Below the pieces are notes generated by a model. That model was not told the origin of the DNA, did no database searches, and saw only the letters and a list, made by a program, of their open reading frames with translations. Shown piece after piece: positions 28,562 to 32,000 of a DNA stretch of 32,000 nt. Origin of the DNA: Thermosynechococcaceae cyanobacterium MS004 (GTDB lineage: Bacteria > Cyanobacteriota > Cyanobacteriia > Thermosynechococcales > Thermosynechococcaceae); contig JAKRSB010000113.1 of the NCBI GenBank assembly GCA_022402525.1, positions 1-32,000 on the forward strand. The letters are read 5' to 3'. Position numbers and translations under genes: made by a program. Every line of letters begins with the position of its first letter. Positions within the stretch are counted from its first letter, which is position 1.

Positions 28562-28622
28562 GGTTCAGAAGTTTCAGTGGTTCAGGAATTTCAGAGGTTC
28601 AGAAGTTTCAGTGGTTCAGGAA
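28562..28622. repeat. Two exact 27-bp direct repeats (period 34) in petC-petA spacer
   Basis: ggttcagaagtttcagtggttcaggaa at 28562-28588 and 28596-28622. Confidence 0.95.
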
Positions 28623-28717
28623 CTGCAATGCAAGGGGTTGGGGTCAAGGGGAGTCAGGCGGGCGGTACTGGGCTTAGCAACGCCGAGCCGGAGCTTTAGA
28701 GACTGGCCCTGGCTCAG

Positions 28718-29260
28718 TTAGCTCCACCAAGGCTCTTTATCTGTCCGGAAATCGGTTTCTGTCCACTGTGTAAACACCAGCTTGTCTGCTTCATTCACTC
28801 CAGCATGAACCAGCGGAAGAGAGAGGGGGGCAGGGCCACGCACCACTTTGCCAGTTTCGTCATACTGAGAGCCGTGACAAGGGCACATAAATTTGTTCTG
28901 TCCGGCATTCCAGGGCACCACGCATCCAAGGTGGGTGCAGACTGCATTGATGCCGTAGCTTTCGATGGTGAGGTCTTCTTTTACCACGACGTAGGTTGGA
29001 TCTCCTTTAAAGCCTTGAGCTAGGGAGCGATCGCCTGCTGCATGGGTCGTCAGATAGTCGCTGACGACGATATCGTTGCCTAGGGCATCCTTTGCAATGA
29101 GTCCACCACCAGCACTGCCGCTGGCCGCTGGAATAAAGTACTGCACAACCGGATACAGCCCACCCAGGGCAGTTCCGGTGATTGCACCAAAGGTCAAAAA
29201 GTTCATAAATTGACGACGCCCCATATCGGGCACGTCAGGAGATCCAGAAACTTGAGCCAT
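28718..29260 (-). CDS. petC: Cytochrome b6-f complex Rieske iron-sulfur protein (track ORF opens at 29314)
   Basis: [43 protein letters not shown]; N-term Tat-like [22 protein letters not shown]. Confidence 0.98.
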   Translation of the reverse strand: MAQVSGSPDVPDMGRRQFMNFLTFGAITGTALGGLYPVVQYFIPAASGSAGGGLIAKDALGNDIVVSDYLTTHAAGDRSLAQGFKGDPTYVVVKEDLTIESYGINAVCTHLGCVVPWNAGQNKFMCPCHGSQYDETGKVVRGPAPLSLPLVHAGVNEADKLVFTQWTETDFRTDKEPWWS

Positions 29261-29317
29261 GATAAATGTCGCTTCTTGTATGTTTATGATGTGCGTTTTA
29301 TGACCTGTGAGCACCCT

Positions 29318-29370
29318 AGCCCTTTCTGAGAGCCCTTTCTGAGAGCCCTTTCTAAAGGCCCTTTCTGAGA
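29318..29370. repeat. 13-bp imperfect tandem repeat (agccctttctgag) upstream of petC
   Basis: Units at 29318, 29331, 29344 plus a degenerate fourth. Confidence 0.9.
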
Positions 29371-29681
29371 GACAATGCGCTTCTTTCCCTCAAGGCTCTT
29401 TTCCACAACTTGGCAGCCTGCGAGATGCCTTCACCAAGATACCCCCGCAAAGATGCAGGTTGAATCCGAGGGGCACCATTACATTTCTTGACACATTATC
29501 TCACTTGATGCCCGGTATTTTCATCCTAAATGTAAACAAATGTAAGAGCTGAGCGATCGCCCTCTGAGTCTTTTGCGGCGCTGTTTGTGTTGGGTGTGCC
29601 CAGGAGCTAACCCCAGAAGCAGCGCTGGCGCGAGGGGTAAAGGCCCAGCGGAACCGTTAAGCGTTAGGATTCAAGCTGACG

Positions 29682-29780
29682 CATCTCTCAGAGTTCATCT
29701 CTCAGAGTTCATCTCTCAGGATTCATCTCTGAAACCCAATTCCTCAACGTTAATTCCTCAAAGTTAATCCCTCAAAACCA
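29682..29780. repeat. 14-bp imperfect tandem repeats (catctctcagagtt then aattcctcaacgtt)
   Basis: Consecutive 14-bp units across 29682-29780, immediately upstream of the DUF3067 gene. Confidence 0.9.
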
Positions 29781-29799
29781 ATCGCGGAAGGAGGTTGCC

Positions 29800-30117
29800 A
29801 TGAATGCAGAACATCTTCAGCGTCTGCTGTTAGAAAAATGGGGTAAGTCTTACGACGTGCAGCTCCGGCGGACGCAGGGCAAAATCTTTGTGCAGGTGAT
29901 GTGGCGCTATCTGGAGCAGGCCTCTTTCCCCATGACCGTGCAGGAATACCAAGACCATCTCGAAGCGATCGCCACCTATCTCCAGGGCTGGGGAGCTTTT
30001 CCCCAGGTGATTCACTATATCCAAACCACCCGCGATCGGCCTCGTCTTGGCAAGGCGGTCAGCATCCCCCTTGAGCTAGGGGAAAGAGCCTCGGAGTGGA
30101 TCATTGAGGATTTTTAG
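29800..30117 (+). CDS. DUF3067 family protein (cyanobacterial)
   Basis: LLLEKWGKSYDVQLRRTQGKIFVQVMWRYLEQASFPMTVQEYQDHLEAIATYLQGWG. Confidence 0.85.
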   Translation: MNAEHLQRLLLEKWGKSYDVQLRRTQGKIFVQVMWRYLEQASFPMTVQEYQDHLEAIATYLQGWGAFPQVIHYIQTTRDRPRLGKAVSIPLELGERASEWIIEDF

Positions 30118-30124
30118 TCCTGCC

Positions 30125-30172
30125 TTAGTTAAGGTCTTAGTTAAGGCCTTAATTAACGCCTTAGTTAACGCC
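30125..30172. repeat. 4 x 12-bp tandem repeat (ttagttaaggcc) running into the tatC stop codon
   Basis: ttagttaaggtc / ttagttaaggcc / ttaattaacgcc / ttagttaacgcc. Confidence 0.95.
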
Positions 30173-31007
30173 GTAAGGCCAGCACCAATCCGGTGCCTGC
30201 CATGTAGAGCGCCAGCACCGCACCACCCAGCAAGCTTTGAGTGAGCGGGTCAGTAGAGGGTGTCAGGACAGCACCCAGCACCACCGCCCCTAACAGCACG
30301 TAGCGCCAAGCCGCCAGCATTTGCTTGCCGGAGACAATGCCCACCAGCCCCAGCAAAAGCTGAATGACCGGAATTTGAAACGCTAGCCCGGTACTAAACA
30401 TCAGCAGCAGCACAAACTCAAAGTATCGATCAATCGACCAGAGCTGCTCAACGACTTCACCGCCGTACTGAATAAAAAAGTTGAGCGCAGCCGGAATGAG
30501 GGCAATGTAGGCAAACCCCAGTCCCGCTGCAAACAAAATCGACGACCCAAACACAATCGGCCCCAAAAAGCGCCGCTCCCGTCGGGTTAGACCGGGCAGC
30601 ACAAAGCGAATAATCTGGTACAAAATCAATGGGCTGGCAACCAGAATGCCGCTGTAGCCTGCCACTTTAATGGAGACAAAAAAATACTCCCCTGGCGCAA
30701 GCTGCAAAAACTTAGCCCCGTTGGCTGGCAGCTCTAGCGCTTTGACAATCCAGTTCACCTGCCAAAAGCACAGCACAACTCCGCCTACAACTCCCAGGAG
30801 CGCGTAAAAGATGCGCTGACGCAGCTCTTCAAGATGGTCAAACAGGGACATCTCTACGTCGTCAGGCAGGTCATCTGGGTCAGGCTCTAGCTCAGTCCTG
30901 GCAGGGCTGGCCGCGTCAAGCGCTGATGTTGTTGGCCTGGAGGTTTCAGCGTCAAGGGTGGAAACATCGGCCTGCATGGGTGGGATGGGAAACTCAGAAG
31001 AAGTCAT
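30165..31007 (-). CDS. tatC: Sec-independent (twin-arginine) translocase subunit TatC
   Basis: [22 protein letters not shown]; [69 protein letters not shown]-type C-terminus (read as [17 protein letters not shown]...[12 protein letters not shown]). Confidence 0.96.
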   Translation of the reverse strand: MTSSEFPIPPMQADVSTLDAETSRPTTSALDAASPARTELEPDPDDLPDDVEMSLFDHLEELRQRIFYALLGVVGGVVLCFWQVNWIVKALELPANGAKFLQLAPGEYFFVSIKVAGYSGILVASPLILYQIIRFVLPGLTRRERRFLGPIVFGSSILFAAGLGFAYIALIPAALNFFIQYGGEVVEQLWSIDRYFEFVLLLMFSTGLAFQIPVIQLLLGLVGIVSGKQMLAAWRYVLLGAVVLGAVLTPSTDPLTQSLLGGAVLALYMAGTGLVLALRR

Positions 31008-31266
31008 GGAGGTTTGAGTTAAGGCGTCCTTTACCCCTGATTATAGGTTTCCCAATTTCCAATGAGGGAAAGCGGGGCTATTGCGTTCACTCCACTATAG
31101 AGAGGATTGAGACGCATCATTAAGAGCACATCACCAAAAGCGCATCACTAAACATTAGAAACACTAGAGATGATGCAAAGATAGAGCACGACTCCCTTCA
31201 ATGCTCGACACCAATCCTGAACGGTTACAGACTATACTGAAGAAAGTATAAATTTTTGTAACAAAA

Positions 31267-31995
31267 ATGACTGTGCCTAACCTCCAGGAAATTTCCCAGC
31301 AGCTTGATAGTGAAAGCACCCGCGATCGCAGGCTGGCGCTGGCGGCGCTGCGAGATGTTTCGCCGGAGGATGCGGTGCCGCTGATTAAAAAAGTGCTGCA
31401 TGACCCCAGCATTGATATTCGCTCAATGGCAGTGTTTGCCTTGGGTATTAAGCAAACCCCTGAATGCTACGAGCTATTGATTGAAGTCTTGGCCGACAGA
31501 GACTACAGCATTCGCGCATCGGCGGCGGGGGCTTTGGGCTACCTGGCTGACGCACGCGCCTTTGAGCCACTGGTGCGGACGCTGATGGAAGACACCAACT
31601 GGCTGGTGCAGTTTAGTGCGGCGGTGTCTCTGGGCAACTTAAAAGACCCGCGCGCTCGCGAAGTTTTAATGCAGTCGCTCAAGAGCGATACGGTGGTGAT
31701 TCAGCAGGCTGCGATCGCGGCGCTGGGTGAAATTAAGGCCGTGGAGGCGGTGGACGACATGCTGGCCTTTGTGCAGTCTGAGGACTGGCTGGTGCGGCAG
31801 CGGCTAGCCGAAGCTTTGGGCAACTTGCCTACGCCTAAAAGCGTTTCGGCGCTGAAGTATTTGGCCAAAGATGAACATGCCCAGGTTGAAGCGGCGGCAA
31901 CGCTATCCTTACAGCGTCTTGAAGCGGTACAGTCCTTGAGCGTCCCTGAACGTGGGTCTAAGAGTGGATCTGAGCATGGGCCTGACAATGGATAA
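31267..31995 (+). CDS. HEAT-repeat domain protein (PBS-lyase HEAT-like)
   Basis: Repeats such as AVPLIKKVLHDPSIDIRSMAVFALGIKQTPE, IRASAAGALGYLAD, VQFSAAVSLGNLKDPRAREVLMQSLKSD, VRQRLAEALGNLPTPKSVSALKYLAKDEHAQVEAAATLSL. Confidence 0.9.
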   Translation: MTVPNLQEISQQLDSESTRDRRLALAALRDVSPEDAVPLIKKVLHDPSIDIRSMAVFALGIKQTPECYELLIEVLADRDYSIRASAAGALGYLADARAFEPLVRTLMEDTNWLVQFSAAVSLGNLKDPRAREVLMQSLKSDTVVIQQAAIAALGEIKAVEAVDDMLAFVQSEDWLVRQRLAEALGNLPTPKSVSALKYLAKDEHAQVEAAATLSLQRLEAVQSLSVPERGSKSGSEHGPDNG

Positions 31996-32000
31996 TGGAT

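Noticed and set aside
29606-29668. Fourth attC-like palindrome: GCTAAC ... CGCTGG ... CCAGCG ... GTTAGG
   Set aside because: Outer and inner arms pair (5 and 6 bp), but spacers are 11/12 nt instead of 10/9, the boxes deviate from RYYYAAC/GTTRRRY, and it does not follow a plus-strand stop codon. Treated as coincidence unless a covariance search supports it.
1-32000. CRISPR array, rRNA, tRNA or transposase genes
   Set aside because: Looked for regularly spaced identical repeats, tRNA-like cloverleaves and transposase ORFs. The tandem repeats seen are contiguous without unique spacers, and no RNA genes or transposases were recognised by eye.

Overview
Read by eye, this is a cyanobacterial chromosomal window: many HIP1 GCGATCGC octamers, petC-petA, tatC and several cyanobacterial conserved hypotheticals. 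Right half (about 17.5-32 kb): mostly housekeeping genes (CNNM/CBS protein, pyrD, adaptor-permease-ATPase exporter, ChaN-like, DUF1517, alpha/beta hydrolase, petA/petC, DUF3067, tatC, HEAT protein). Left half: more accessory. Main observation: three regularly placed, mutually similar, attC-like imperfect inverted repeats (about 1455-1542, 2897-2983, 3638-3739). Each begins 9-10 nt after a stop codon of a plus-strand ORF. Each carries RYYYAAC-like and GTTRRRY-like outer boxes, an inner complementary pair with a bulged base, and an identical 9-nt inner-to-outer spacing. This looks like part of an integron cassette array without a visible integrase (CALIN-like). Its cargo is a flavin amine oxidase, an HNH nuclease plus RNase III pair, and an unknown 209-aa protein. 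Other items of interest: a minus-strand PATAN/DUF4388 - Roadblock - unknown - small GTPase module (3987-6759), and a type II R-M locus with an excisionase-like HTH fused to the m5C methyltransferase and an inverted repeat upstream (13578-15830) next to a CbbX/SpoVK-like AAA+ ATPase. Many intergenic spacers also contain short imperfect tandem repeats of 12-34 bp. Family assignments come from recognised motifs; no database search was run.
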